The notes: generated by a model from the sequence alone, not told the origin. A stretch of 64,000 bases of DNA from Vicinamibacteria bacterium (GCA_965199715.1 OZ241322.1:32001-96000), one strand, 5' to 3'. Counted from the stretch's first letter, positions 48,895-59,240 are shown. A program made the numbers and translations.

Positions 48895-50195
48895 CGGCCG
48901 TCCTCGCGGCGGTTCTGCTGCTCCCCGCGCTCGCGAACGCGCAGTCCATCGACGAGCTGCTCGTGCGCATCGAGAGCCCCGACGCCGACATCCGGCGCGA
49001 GGCGGCCCGCGACCTCGGCCGCAACGGTTCGGACGCGGCCGTCGAGGCTCTGAACGGGGCCGCCGCCGACGAGGACGTCCAGGTGCGGGACGAGGTGCTC
49101 GCCGCGCTCGTCGCCGTCCGCCGTCCGGTCGCGGCCCCCGGCGTCCTTCTCTTCCTCGGCAGCGACGTGAAGGCCGACCGCGAGCGGGCGGTCGCGTCGC
49201 TCGTGGACATGCACGGGATCGAGGAGCCGCCGGGACGGGGCGCCCGCGCGATGAACTGGCTGCTCCGCCGCGACGACGACTTCGTGCTGGATCCGCTGCG
49301 CCCGGTGTCCCCGAGCGTCGTCGGCGGGCTCATGGGCCGGCTCCAGGATCCCGAGCGCGACGTCCGCCTCGCGGCCGCGGAAGGACTCGGCCTGCTGCGG
49401 GCGGCCGCCGCCGTTCCCGCGCTCACGGCGGCGGCGGGCGACGCCGAGGAACGGGTGGCGCGCGCCGCGATCGCGGCGCTCGGCGAGGTGGGCCACGTCG
49501 CCCCCGAAACCGCCGGCCCGGCGCTCGTGGGCCTGCTGGACGGCTCGCCTCATCCCGTGGACGTGGTCGAGAGCCTCGGGATGATGGCCTTCGAGAGCGC
49601 CGGTCGGACGCTGCTCGCGGCCTATGACGGCGACGCCGACGGCGAGCTCGGCGAGGCGGCGCTCTGGGCGCTCTCTCGGATCGGATATTCGGGCGCGCTC
49701 GCCACGTTCATCGCCGAGCTGACCGGCAGCGACGCCGGGCGGCGCGAGTCGGCCGCGGCGGGTCTCGGCCGCATCGGCGACCGGGATATGGCCGACGGCA
49801 TGGTCCGCGACTTCCTGCGGGAGGACGACCGTCGCGTCCAGCTCGCCTACTGCTTCGCGCTGACGCTGCTGGGCGAGACTCCCTTCGTGGACCGGGTGGT
49901 GCTCGATCTGACCGACCGGACGCTCGGCGACCAGGCGCGCGACTACGCGCTGGAGCTCGGCGAGCCCGCGGTTCCCCAGTTCGTCCGCTATCTCGGCGAT
50001 CCCGACAAGGACATGCGCCTGCGGCTGATCGAGCTTCTGGAGCGCATCGGCTCGGCCGCCGCGATCCCCGGGCTCGAGGGCCGCGAGCAGGATCCCGAAG
50101 CGGACGTCGTGGATCGGGCGCGGCTCGCGATCCGCCGCCTGCGCCAGCTCGAGGAAGCCGGAGTCGAAGCGCGGCGCGGGCCGGGCGGCGGTTGA
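48891..50195 (+). CDS. Exported HEAT-repeat protein
   Basis: Signal peptide; repeated D...VR..AA..LG units. Confidence 0.85.
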   Translation: MTAVLAAVLLLPALANAQSIDELLVRIESPDADIRREAARDLGRNGSDAAVEALNGAAADEDVQVRDEVLAALVAVRRPVAAPGVLLFLGSDVKADRERAVASLVDMHGIEEPPGRGARAMNWLLRRDDDFVLDPLRPVSPSVVGGLMGRLQDPERDVRLAAAEGLGLLRAAAAVPALTAAAGDAEERVARAAIAALGEVGHVAPETAGPALVGLLDGSPHPVDVVESLGMMAFESAGRTLLAAYDGDADGELGEAALWALSRIGYSGALATFIAELTGSDAGRRESAAAGLGRIGDRDMADGMVRDFLREDDRRVQLAYCFALTLLGETPFVDRVVLDLTDRTLGDQARDYALELGEPAVPQFVRYLGDPDKDMRLRLIELLERIGSAAAIPGLEGREQDPEADVVDRARLAIRRLRQLEEAGVEARRGPGGG

Positions 50196-50227
50196 AGCCT
50201 CCCGGAAACGATGAGACGATCGGCGGC

Positions 50228-51631
50228 GTGAACCTGGCACTCGTGAGTCACTCCACTCGGCGCCGCGTCCCGGCGGCGCTTCTCGCCGCGGTCTTCGTCC
50301 TCGGCGCGCTTCCGGCGGACGCGGACGCGCCGTCCCGGCGCACCGTCTGGCGCGACATGACGAACAAGGGGAACTCCCTCGTGATCGGGCGGTTCGCGGG
50401 CAAGTTCGAGAGTTCCGACTTCCGTTCCCGGCGCATCGTGATGCGGCACCGGGACACCGGCAAGCGGGAGACGCTCCGGATCGACGACGGTCTCGGCCTG
50501 ATCGCCGAGATCGTGAAGCCGGGCGTGTACGACGTGCTCGCGATCGAGGCGGTGTACCTGCCGCAGATCCGCCCCATGAACCCGCGCCGGATCCGCCCCA
50601 TCCGCCAGCGGTTCTCGGTCTCGCCCAGGGAGCACGAGATCAGGGAGGCGCTGATCCTCGTCCCCGCCGACCGCCCGGTCTACATCGGCACGATCCGCGC
50701 CGGCGCCGAGCGGCGGGGGATGGTGTACGAGGGCCAGAAGCTGCGCGTGGTCGATGACTTCGACGTGGCCATGGACCGGCTCGCCACGGTGTATCCGCAG
50801 CTCGCGACCAGCCTCGAGCAGGAGGCGCTGGTTCCGCAGCGGCACTTCATGCTGCGTCCGACCCGCACCGACCCGCCGCTCGAGGCCGTCGTCGGCATGG
50901 AGGACCCGGTGACGCAGGCGCGGCGCTACATCGAGGACGGAAAGTACGAGCAGGCCATCGACTGGCTCTCCACGTTCATGCCGGTCTCCGACAACCAGCG
51001 CAGCGAGGTGCGGCTCCTGATCGGCGAGGCGCATCTGGGATCGCGCGACCTGCCGCTCGCCATCGAGGAGCTCGGCGAAGTGCTCCTGAGCGAGCCCGGC
51101 AATGTCCGCGCCTTGCGGCTGCTCGCCCGCGCCCACTCGCTGAACGGCGATCTGGAGGACACCGAGAACCTCTACCACGCGCTTCTCGAGATGCGGCCCC
51201 GCGACGCCGAGGCGCACCTCCAGATCGGCTACCTGCAGGCGCTTCGCTCCGAGGAGGAGAGTTCGCTCGCCTCGTTCGAAGTCGCCTTCGAGAGCGAGTT
51301 CGACTACCTGATGCACGACCTCGCGCCGTTCCTGATCGCGGTGCGCGGCACCACCGAGCAGGGCGCGCTCTACGAGCCGGCCACGATGCTCGACACCGAC
51401 GTCCCGTTCGCGGGCGGCTCCGGCTCCCGGCGCTCGTCGCGCAACGACGGCATCCTCGTGCTGATCGACCACCGGGGGCGCGTCAAGGCGGCGCACTTCG
51501 CGCCGGACAGCTCGAACCGCGCCCACCTCACGATGTTGTCTTTGGTGCGCGGGCGCTACCGCCCGGCGCGCCTCAACGGGGTCTCGGTGCCGTCGATCCT
51601 CGCGAGCGGCCGCTTCCGCGGCGAGAACTAG
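50228..51631 (+). CDS. Exported TPR protein with possible C-terminal TonB_C-like domain
   Basis: Signal peptide ending ADA; central TPRs; C-terminal ILVLIDHRGRV...RYRPARLNGVSV. Start approximate. Confidence 0.65.
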   Translation: MNLALVSHSTRRRVPAALLAAVFVLGALPADADAPSRRTVWRDMTNKGNSLVIGRFAGKFESSDFRSRRIVMRHRDTGKRETLRIDDGLGLIAEIVKPGVYDVLAIEAVYLPQIRPMNPRRIRPIRQRFSVSPREHEIREALILVPADRPVYIGTIRAGAERRGMVYEGQKLRVVDDFDVAMDRLATVYPQLATSLEQEALVPQRHFMLRPTRTDPPLEAVVGMEDPVTQARRYIEDGKYEQAIDWLSTFMPVSDNQRSEVRLLIGEAHLGSRDLPLAIEELGEVLLSEPGNVRALRLLARAHSLNGDLEDTENLYHALLEMRPRDAEAHLQIGYLQALRSEEESSLASFEVAFESEFDYLMHDLAPFLIAVRGTTEQGALYEPATMLDTDVPFAGGSGSRRSSRNDGILVLIDHRGRVKAAHFAPDSSNRAHLTMLSLVRGRYRPARLNGVSVPSILASGRFRGEN

Positions 51632-52386
51632 GGCGCTTCCAGCAGCCGCTCCACCTCGGCCTCGAGCGCCGAGAACGGTTGGTCGGTGCTCGGCGCCGGG
51701 TGCAGTAGCCCTTGGCGGTCGATGAGGAAGTTGGCCGGGTAGCGGGCGGTCTCCATGAACACCGGCGGCACGGCGCCGCCCTCGAGCGCGCCGGGCACGA
51801 GCAGCGGGTACTCGACCGCCACCGACTCGTCCCGGAACGTCCGCTGGATCGCCTCCTCCTCGGTCGAGATCCCGAACACCACGAGGCCCCGGTCCGCCTC
51901 CTCGGCGGCGAGCCGGTCCAGCTCGGGCATCTCGGCGCGACACGGCGGACACCACGTGGCCCAGATGTTGACAAGCACGACGGACCCCCGGTAGCCGGAA
52001 AGCCGGTGGACGCCGCCGTCCAGATCGCGGGCGAGGAAGTCGGGCGCGGGCACGCCCGAGAGCGCGAGGTTGGCCGCCTGCCGCGCCCGGCGGACGCCGC
52101 CCCGGATGGGGACGAAGGCGAGCCCGAGCGTCAGCGTCGCGACGAGCGCGCCCGCGATCCCCGCGGCGCCGAGCGCGCCGGCGCGCCGCGCCCGGAACGC
52201 CGAAACCAGCGCGAGGACCGGCGGCGCCAGCATCGCGAGGGTGACCGCGGCGAGCCGGAACACCCAGTCGCCGTCGGGGTTCGCGCTCAGGCGCGTGAGC
52301 CCGACGTACGCGCCGAGGCCGAGGACGGCGGAGAGCAGCGGGGCGGAAAGGCCGGCCCACAAGGGCGAGCGGGGCACAAGGCTCAT
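51628..52386 (-). CDS. Membrane-anchored TlpA/ResA-family thiol-disulfide oxidoreductase
   Basis: Three N-terminal TM segments; APDF, NIWATWCPPCRAEMP, YP.NFLIDRQG. Confidence 0.9.
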   Translation of the reverse strand: MSLVPRSPLWAGLSAPLLSAVLGLGAYVGLTRLSANPDGDWVFRLAAVTLAMLAPPVLALVSAFRARRAGALGAAGIAGALVATLTLGLAFVPIRGGVRRARQAANLALSGVPAPDFLARDLDGGVHRLSGYRGSVVLVNIWATWCPPCRAEMPELDRLAAEEADRGLVVFGISTEEEAIQRTFRDESVAVEYPLLVPGALEGGAVPPVFMETARYPANFLIDRQGLLHPAPSTDQPFSALEAEVERLLEAP

Positions 52387-53366
52387 GGGACGTCTCCCTC
52401 GTAGCGGCGGCGGATGACGGGAATCAGGTACTCGGCGAACAGCGACTCGGCGTCGGGGTCGGGAACCCAGCGGAAGTCGTCCCGCGCCGCGCGGTCGTCC
52501 ACCTCGGCCGGCCAGCTCTGGACGATCCGGTCGCGTTGCACGTCGGGAGCGTAGGTATGGTCGAGGTCCGGGAAGTCCCGCCGCACGCGGGCGGCGACTT
52601 CCTCCGCCGAAAGGCTGGGGCCGCCGAGGTTGTATGCGGTGCGCGAGAGGCGGGACTTGTCCGCGTCGGCCAGCCGGAGCACGCCCTCGACCGCCGTCGG
52701 CATGGCGCAAAACGGAAGTCGCGCCTCGGGACCGACGAAGCACGCGAACGACTCGCCCCGCGCCGCGGCGTGGATCATCTCGGGCGCCCAGTCGCTCGTC
52801 CCTCCCGACGGCAGCGTCTCGGCGGACAGGAGCCCGGGGAACCGCACCGCGCGGAAGTCCAGATTCGCGCACTCCCGCTCGAGGACCGTCCCGAGGCGCT
52901 CGACGTAGAGCTTTTGCGCTCCGTAGAGCGTCGCCGGGTTCAGGAACTGGTCCTCGCGCACCGGCCCGGGGTCGCGCCGCAGCGGCACTCCGTACACGGC
53001 GATCGAGCTCGGGAAGAGGAACGCCACCGGGGTCTCGGCGGCGAGCGCCGCCGCTGCCCCGAGCGCCCGGACCGAACCCTCGACGTTGACCCGGTGCGCG
53101 AGTTCGGGGACCGACTCGGCGCGGGTCGAGAGCAGCGCGGCGAGGTGGAAGATCCGCTGCGGCCGATGTCCGAGGATGCGCTTCCAGACCTCCCGGTCGA
53201 GGATGTCGCCCTGGATGTGCCCGAGGCTTCTCGGGGCCGCTTCGCCGGGGAGCGGGCGGATGTCGGTCGTGAGCACCCGGCAGTCGGAACGCGCCGAAAG
53301 CCGGCGCACGAGCGCGGTTCCGATCTCCCCGGACGCGCCGGTGACCAGCGTGACCGGCGGGCTCAC
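52383..53366 (-). CDS. NAD-dependent epimerase/dehydratase family (SDR-type L-threonine 3-dehydrogenase-like)
   Basis: TGASGEIG, HLAALLS, PSSIAVYG, YGAQK, RFPGLLS...GGTSD, IVQSWP. Confidence 0.85.
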   Translation of the reverse strand: MSPPVTLVTGASGEIGTALVRRLSARSDCRVLTTDIRPLPGEAAPRSLGHIQGDILDREVWKRILGHRPQRIFHLAALLSTRAESVPELAHRVNVEGSVRALGAAAALAAETPVAFLFPSSIAVYGVPLRRDPGPVREDQFLNPATLYGAQKLYVERLGTVLERECANLDFRAVRFPGLLSAETLPSGGTSDWAPEMIHAAARGESFACFVGPEARLPFCAMPTAVEGVLRLADADKSRLSRTAYNLGGPSLSAEEVAARVRRDFPDLDHTYAPDVQRDRIVQSWPAEVDDRAARDDFRWVPDPDAESLFAEYLIPVIRRRYEGDVP

Positions 53367-54052
53367 GCCGGGCCCCCGAGAACGGCGGCGAGGAACCGCC
53401 CCACGTCGCGGCACTCGGGCGCCGAGACCTCGTGGGCGATCGGGTACGCGCGGAAGACTCCGTCCCACCCGGCGTCGCGAAACGCCCGGAACGCGGCCTC
53501 GCCGTAGCGGCACGGAATGAGTTCATCCGACAGGCCGTGGCCGGCGAAAAGCCGCGCTCCCGGGAGCTTCGGACCGCGCACCAGCTCGGTGTGGGCGACG
53601 TGAGTCGAAAGCGCCAGCACGCCGCCGACCTCGACGGGATCCCCCGCCACGCCGTCGAGCCCGGCGGCGGCGAGCGCCACCGCGCCGCCCTGCGAGAACC
53701 CGGCGAGGACGATCCGGCGCGCCGGAACGCCCGCCTCGCGCTCCTCCCGGACGAGTTCCCGGATCCAGGTCACCGACTCGGCGAGCTGCTCCTCGTCCAC
53801 GAGCCGCCCGCGGGCCTCCGGAGACTCCGCGATGATCGCGCGCAGATCGAACCACGAGCGCATCGGGAAGCCGCCGTTCAACGTCACCGGGCGGACCGGC
53901 GCCTCCGGGAAGCGGAAGCGGACTCCGAGCGCGGGCGGGAGGCCGAGCATGGGGATCACCGGGACGAAGTCGTCGCCGTCGGCCCCGAGGCCGTGGAGCC
54001 AGATCACGGTGGCGCGGTGCTCTCCAGACGGCGGGAGTTCGACGATGCTCAC
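53363..54052 (-). CDS. Carboxylesterase (phospholipase/carboxylesterase family)
   Basis: LHGLGADG, RPVTLNGGFPMRSWFD, GFSQGG, HG..D, HEV. Confidence 0.92.
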   Translation of the reverse strand: MSIVELPPSGEHRATVIWLHGLGADGDDFVPVIPMLGLPPALGVRFRFPEAPVRPVTLNGGFPMRSWFDLRAIIAESPEARGRLVDEEQLAESVTWIRELVREEREAGVPARRIVLAGFSQGGAVALAAAGLDGVAGDPVEVGGVLALSTHVAHTELVRGPKLPGARLFAGHGLSDELIPCRYGEAAFRAFRDAGWDGVFRAYPIAHEVSAPECRDVGRFLAAVLGGPA

Positions 54053-56967
54053 GTGAATTGCTCCCGCAGCGCGAAGTCGAGCGTCTCCAGGTACCGGTCG
54101 GCGTCGGCGTTCGAGAAGGTGAGCGGGGGCTTGAGCTTGATCACGTTGCGGTCGGGGCCGTCGGTGCTGTTGAGGATGCGGCAGTCGTGGAGGCGCCGCA
54201 CGAGCCGCCCGGCCTCCCGGGTCGCCGGCGCCGGCGGATCGCCCGGGTGCGCGAGCTCGAAGCCGAGGAAGAGGCCCCGGCCGCGGACGTCGGCAAGGAT
54301 AGGGCAGGAGCGGCCGATCTCGGCGATCCCGGAAAGAAGCCGCGCCCCCACGGCCGCCGCGCGCTCGGCGAGCCCCTCGTCGCGGATGACGTCGAGGACG
54401 GCGAGGCCGGCGGCGCACGAGACCGGATTCCCGCCGAAGGTGTTGAAGTACTCCATCCCGTCCTCGAAGGAACGGGCGACCTCCGGGGTCGTCACGACGG
54501 CTCCGAGCGGGTGCCCGTTTCCGGCCGGCTTGCCCACGGTCACGATGTCGGGAACCGCCGCGTCGTCGCCGGTCCGGTCGGAAAAGGCCCAGAACGCCGG
54601 GCCGACGCGCCCGAAGCCGGTCTGCACCTCGTCGGCGACGATGACGCCGCCGGCCTCGCGCACCGCCCGGTAGAGCGCGTCCAGATATCCCGGCGGCGGG
54701 ACGATCTGCCCTCCGCAGCTCAGGATGGCCTCGTGAACGAGGGTGGCCGGCCCGGCGGCGGCGACGCGGCGGGCCGCGTCCTCCATGAGCCGCTGCGTCC
54801 AGTCGGGCCGATTTCGGCGGAAGCGCCCGCGGAACCCGTCGGGAGCCGGCAGCCGATGGAGGCGGGGGTGCGGCCGGCCGCCGCCCGGACCGTCCAGCTT
54901 GTACGGGCTGATCTGGATGAGCGAGGTCAGGTTCCCGTGGTAGCCGCCGTCGAAGACGATCGCGTCGTCGCGGCCGAGCCGAGCGCGGGCCAGCCGCAGC
55001 GCGAGGTCGTTGGCCTCGCTGCCGGAGTTCGTGAAGAACACGACCGACAGCGGCTCGGGAAGCGTTTCGGCGAGCGCCTCCGCGTATTCGGTCAACTGCC
55101 GGTAGAGATACCGGGTGTTCGTGTTCAGGAGCCGCGCCTGCCTCGCGATGGCCTCGGCGACTCTCGGATGCGCGTGCCCGACGTGGCAGACGTTGTTCAC
55201 CATGTCGAGGTAGTCGCGCCCAAGGTTGTCGTACAGCCGGGTGCGCCGCCCGCGCGCCACCGAGACCGGCGGGTCGCCGCTGAGGCTGAGCGCCGCGCTG
55301 ATCCGTCGCCTCCGCGCCTTCAGCAGGTGCTCGGGCTCGGCGAGGGCCTCGTGCGAGACCGCGACCCGGTCCGGGTCGAGGCCGAGGAACGCCGCCGGGT
55401 TCGGGCTCATCGCCTCGAGGACCGGAAGGTCGCGGGGCGCGGCCACGCCCGGCGGGTCGTCGCCGAAGCCGAGATCGGCGGTCAGCAACTGGAAATGGAG
55501 GTGCGGCGGCCAGCCGCCGTTCTCGTCTTCGGTCCCGAGCCTCGCGATTCGATCGCCGCGCCGGACCGGGTCGCCGGGCTTCCAGCGGGCGAGGCATTCG
55601 CGGGCGAGATGGCCGTACAGCGCGCCGAAGCCGCCCGGATGCCGGATCGCGAGGCAGGGACCGAACCCGAGCGGGACGGCGTCCTCGCGAATCCAGTCGA
55701 TCGCGCCGTCCAGCGGGGCGCGGACCTCGGTTCCGGCCGGCGCGAAGACGTCGATCCCGAGGTGAATCGTGCGCGGCTCGGCGACCGGCGATCCGCCCCG
55801 GAAGCCGGGCGCGGCGTAGAGCAGGCGCGGCTCGCGATAGCGGCCGATGGAGACTCCGGGCGGGATGGCGTCGGCGAGCTCCTCGGGGCCGGCCAAGGCT
55901 TCGGGGCCGAGATCCAGCGCCGGCGCGTCGTCCGGAATCTCGATCGGCCGAACGGCCGCCCCTCCGGGATCCGCCGATCGAACCCGGAACCCGGCCGCGA
56001 CCCGCGCCCGAGCCGCGAGCAGCGCGCCCGGAGTGCGGTCCAGTTCCGACAGGAACCGCCACATCCCGTCCTCGCTGGTCACGAGATACGCCTCGCCGGC
56101 GTTGGCTCGCCCGGCGCTGACCGCGGCGCTCACGAGCGCCCGCGCCGCGAGCGCGGTCGGGAAGAGTTCGGCTTCGGCCGCGAGCGCAGGGGCGAACGCC
56201 CGGAGGACGGCGAGCGCCGCCTCGAGCGGCTCGGCGGCGGTGAGCGAGAGATAGAGCGCGGCGTTCGCGGCCTCAAGCAGCGGCGGACCCCGCGACGCGT
56301 CCCCGAAGTCCAGCACGGCGAGCGCGCCCGGGTTCTCGGGTTCGCCCTCGAGCAGCAGGTTGTCGTCGTTCAGATCGTTGTGGAGCCAGTTCTCCGGAAG
56401 GCCGAGGAGTTCCGTCAGTCTCGGCAGCGTCCGCTCCCGGATCCGGTCGTAGAGCTCCGGATCGCGCAGTCCGCGTCCGGCCGCCCGGATGACGCCCTCG
56501 TACCGATCCGGCCGCCAGGGAATGTCCGCCGGCGGGAGCTCGTCGCCCGCGACCGAGGCCAGCGCCGACTGGAGCCGGGCCGCGGTTTCGCCGGCCCGGG
56601 CGAGGAGCGCCGGCGGGCGGCGCCGGAACGACGAGAGCGCCCGGCCGGGGAGGCGCGGGAAAAGCCGCAGCCAGTGGCGCCGTCCGTCGAAGACGCGCGA
56701 CGCCCGTGCGCGCCCGTCGGGAAGCGGGATCGGAACCGCGACCCGGACCTGCGCCGCCGCCGCCCGGATCAGGCGCTCCTCGAGGTCGAGCTGCGCGGCG
56801 GAAGCGCCGCTCTCGCTGATCTTGAGGACGCGGGCGCCCACCGCGAAGTTGAGATCGCGCTCGCCGGGCAGGGGAAGCGCCTGCGCGGAGACGCCCCACA
56901 GCGCGGCGGCGAGCTCTTCGGCCTCCGCCGGGGTGACGCGGGGCCGGCGCGGCAGCGGATCGTTCAC
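54049..56967 (-). CDS. Fusion: APH-type (hydroxylysine-kinase-like) phosphotransferase + M23 peptidase + class III aminotransferase/phospholyase
   Basis: GERDLNF, HNDLNDDN, LDFGD; HLGID, YGHL, PPHLHFQ; YLDMVNNVCHVGH, NTNTRY, NSGSEANDLA, ADEVQTGFGR, VGKPAGNG. Confidence 0.9.
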   Translation of the reverse strand: MNDPLPRRPRVTPAEAEELAAALWGVSAQALPLPGERDLNFAVGARVLKISESGASAAQLDLEERLIRAAAAQVRVAVPIPLPDGRARASRVFDGRRHWLRLFPRLPGRALSSFRRRPPALLARAGETAARLQSALASVAGDELPPADIPWRPDRYEGVIRAAGRGLRDPELYDRIRERTLPRLTELLGLPENWLHNDLNDDNLLLEGEPENPGALAVLDFGDASRGPPLLEAANAALYLSLTAAEPLEAALAVLRAFAPALAAEAELFPTALAARALVSAAVSAGRANAGEAYLVTSEDGMWRFLSELDRTPGALLAARARVAAGFRVRSADPGGAAVRPIEIPDDAPALDLGPEALAGPEELADAIPPGVSIGRYREPRLLYAAPGFRGGSPVAEPRTIHLGIDVFAPAGTEVRAPLDGAIDWIREDAVPLGFGPCLAIRHPGGFGALYGHLARECLARWKPGDPVRRGDRIARLGTEDENGGWPPHLHFQLLTADLGFGDDPPGVAAPRDLPVLEAMSPNPAAFLGLDPDRVAVSHEALAEPEHLLKARRRRISAALSLSGDPPVSVARGRRTRLYDNLGRDYLDMVNNVCHVGHAHPRVAEAIARQARLLNTNTRYLYRQLTEYAEALAETLPEPLSVVFFTNSGSEANDLALRLARARLGRDDAIVFDGGYHGNLTSLIQISPYKLDGPGGGRPHPRLHRLPAPDGFRGRFRRNRPDWTQRLMEDAARRVAAAGPATLVHEAILSCGGQIVPPPGYLDALYRAVREAGGVIVADEVQTGFGRVGPAFWAFSDRTGDDAAVPDIVTVGKPAGNGHPLGAVVTTPEVARSFEDGMEYFNTFGGNPVSCAAGLAVLDVIRDEGLAERAAAVGARLLSGIAEIGRSCPILADVRGRGLFLGFELAHPGDPPAPATREAGRLVRRLHDCRILNSTDGPDRNVIKLKPPLTFSNADADRYLETLDFALREQFT

Positions 56968-58322
56968 CGCAGCAGCATCCGGATCAGCCCCAGCTTGCCG
57001 GCGTAGGGCGGATAGCGGATCGGGAGGTCCAGCCGCGAGCCGGAGAGCACTGCGCGGGGCCGGGACAGGCGGTCGAAGCCGTAGCGGCCGTGGTAGGCGC
57101 CGACCCCGCTGCGGCCGGTCCCGCCGAAGGGCAGCCAGGGGCTCGCGCAGTGGAGCACTGTGTCCTGCGTCACGAGCGCGCCGCCGGGAATCCGCCGCAC
57201 CGCCACCCCGAGCGAACTCCGCCGCGACCCGAAGAAGTAGAGCGCGAGCGGCTCCGGATTCGCCGCCACTCGGTCGAGCGCCTCGTCCTCGCTCCTCCAC
57301 GGGACGAGCGGCAGGATCGGGCCGAAGATCTCCTCGGTCGCGGCGGCGTGTCCCTCGGGCCACGGCCCGGTGACGGTCGGCGCGAGATAGCGCCGCGCCG
57401 GGTCCGCCTCGCCGCCGCGAAGTACCGGAAGCCCGTCGAGCAGGCCGAGCAGCCGATCGAGGTGGCTCTCGTTCACGATGCGGGCGTAGTCCGGGCTCTT
57501 CGCCGGGTTCTCGCCGTAAAAGCGCGTCAGCTCGCGGCCCACGAGCGCGGCGAATTCGTCGAGGCGGCGCTCGGGGACGAGCGCGTAGTCGGGCGCCACG
57601 CAGGTCTGGCCGGCGTTCAGGAACTTCCCCCACGCGATCCGGCGGGCGGCGAGCGGCAGATCGGCGGAGTCGTCCACCATCGCCGGGCACTTGCCGCCGA
57701 GTTCGAGGGTGACCGGCGCGAGCGTGTGCGCCGCCGCCTCGGCGACGGCCATTCCGGTGCGCCGGTTTCCGGTGAAGAACACGTGGTCGAACCCGGCCCG
57801 CACCAGCGCCGCGCCGGTCTCGGGGCCGCCCCGCACGACGCTCGCGAGCCCCTCGGGCAGCGCGTCGGGGAGGATGCGGGCGAGGAGGTCGGCGGTCGCC
57901 GGCGCGAGTTCCGACGGCTTCAGGACGACGGCGTTCCCCGCCGCGATCGCGGCGACGACGGGCGCGAGCGAGAGCTGGACCGGGTAGTTCCACGGCGCGA
58001 TCACGAGCACCGCCCCGAGCGGGACCGGCTCGACCCGGCTGCGCGCCGGAAGCAGCGCGAGCGGCGTGGGCCGGCTCCGCGGACGCATCCACTCTCCGAG
58101 ATGGCTTCGCGCGTGGCGGATTTCGGCGCGCACGAGGCCGATCTCGGTGGCCCACGCCTCGAACGGGCCCTTGCCGAGGTCCCTCTCGAGCGCTTTCTCC
58201 AGCGCGCCCCGATGCTCCCGCAGCATCCGGTCGAGCGAACCGAGCGCGTCCCGCCGGAACCGCCGGGAGAGGGTGGCTCCGCTCCTCGCGAATCGCCTCG
58301 CCCGCTCCCGAATCTCGTCCAA
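56964..58322 (-). CDS. Aldehyde dehydrogenase (ALDH3-like)
   Basis: PWNYP, KPSE, LELGGK, GQTCVAPD, EEIFGP, PFGG, YPPY; TTG start inferred. Confidence 0.93.
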   Translation of the reverse strand: MDEIRERARRFARSGATLSRRFRRDALGSLDRMLREHRGALEKALERDLGKGPFEAWATEIGLVRAEIRHARSHLGEWMRPRSRPTPLALLPARSRVEPVPLGAVLVIAPWNYPVQLSLAPVVAAIAAGNAVVLKPSELAPATADLLARILPDALPEGLASVVRGGPETGAALVRAGFDHVFFTGNRRTGMAVAEAAAHTLAPVTLELGGKCPAMVDDSADLPLAARRIAWGKFLNAGQTCVAPDYALVPERRLDEFAALVGRELTRFYGENPAKSPDYARIVNESHLDRLLGLLDGLPVLRGGEADPARRYLAPTVTGPWPEGHAAATEEIFGPILPLVPWRSEDEALDRVAANPEPLALYFFGSRRSSLGVAVRRIPGGALVTQDTVLHCASPWLPFGGTGRSGVGAYHGRYGFDRLSRPRAVLSGSRLDLPIRYPPYAGKLGLIRMLLR

Positions 58323-58356
58323 GGGAGGGCGAGTATAGAGTCTAGAATCGGCGGCG

Positions 58357-59004
58357 ATGGCCGCCCGTTCCCAAGCTCTCCCGTACCCCTCCGCAACGCT
58401 GCCGGACCGCCCGGTCGCCATCCCGCCGCCCGCCGCGCACCGCGTCCTCGGGAATCCGATGGCTCCGCCGTGGCCGGCGGGAATCGATGAGAGCTTCTTC
58501 GGCATGGGCTGCTTCTGGGGCGCCGAGCGGCTGTTCTGGAAGCTCCCGGGCGTCTGGAGCACCGCGGTCGGATACGCCGGCGGAACCACCGCGAACCCGT
58601 CGTACGAGGACGTCTGCTCGGGGAGGACCGGCCACGCCGAGGTGGTGCGGGTCGCGTTCGACCCGGCGCGGATCGACTACGACGGGCTGCTGTGCGCGTT
58701 TTGGAACAACCACGACCCCACCCAGGGAATGCGCCAGGGCGGCGACGTCGGCACGCAGTACCGCTCGGCGCTCTATACGGTGGGCGACCGGCAGCGGGAC
58801 GCCGCGCTCGCCTCGCGCGACGCCTTCGAGGCGCGCCTCCGGGACGCCGGGCTCGGCGCGATCACGACCGAGATCCGGCCCTCGCCGGCGTTCCATTTCG
58901 CCGAGGAGTACCACCAGCAGTACCTCGACAAGAACCCGTGGGGGTACTGCGGCCTCGCCGGTACCGGCGTCTCCTGCCCGACGGGCGTCCGCGCCGCGAG
59001 CTGA
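58357..59004 (+). CDS. msrA: Peptide methionine sulfoxide reductase A
   Basis: [47 protein letters not shown]. Confidence 0.96.
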   Translation: MAARSQALPYPSATLPDRPVAIPPPAAHRVLGNPMAPPWPAGIDESFFGMGCFWGAERLFWKLPGVWSTAVGYAGGTTANPSYEDVCSGRTGHAEVVRVAFDPARIDYDGLLCAFWNNHDPTQGMRQGGDVGTQYRSALYTVGDRQRDAALASRDAFEARLRDAGLGAITTEIRPSPAFHFAEEYHQQYLDKNPWGYCGLAGTGVSCPTGVRAAS

Positions 59005-59240
59005 TGGCGGGGACCGGGCGGCGGAGCGCGCCGCCGGGCTGCGCCTCGGAGCGATCCGGCGCCGGATCTTCCTCTGCGCGGACGCGACGAAGCCCAGGTG
59101 CTGCGCCCCCGAGCGCTCGCTCGAGTCCTGGGCCTTCCTGAAGCGGCGGCTCGCCGAACTGGGCCTCGCGCGCGGCCCCGAGGGAGGCCCGGTGGCGCGG
59201 ACGAAGGCGAACTGCCTGCGCGAGTGCGCCGACGGGCCGG
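59004..59240 (+). pseudogene. Remnant of a thioredoxin-like [2Fe-2S] ferredoxin
   Basis: RRIFLCADATKPRCC...W..LK...RTKANCLRECADGP. The coupled ATG at 59004 is out of frame with this segment and the expected C-terminal VYP..WY part is absent. Confidence 0.65.
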
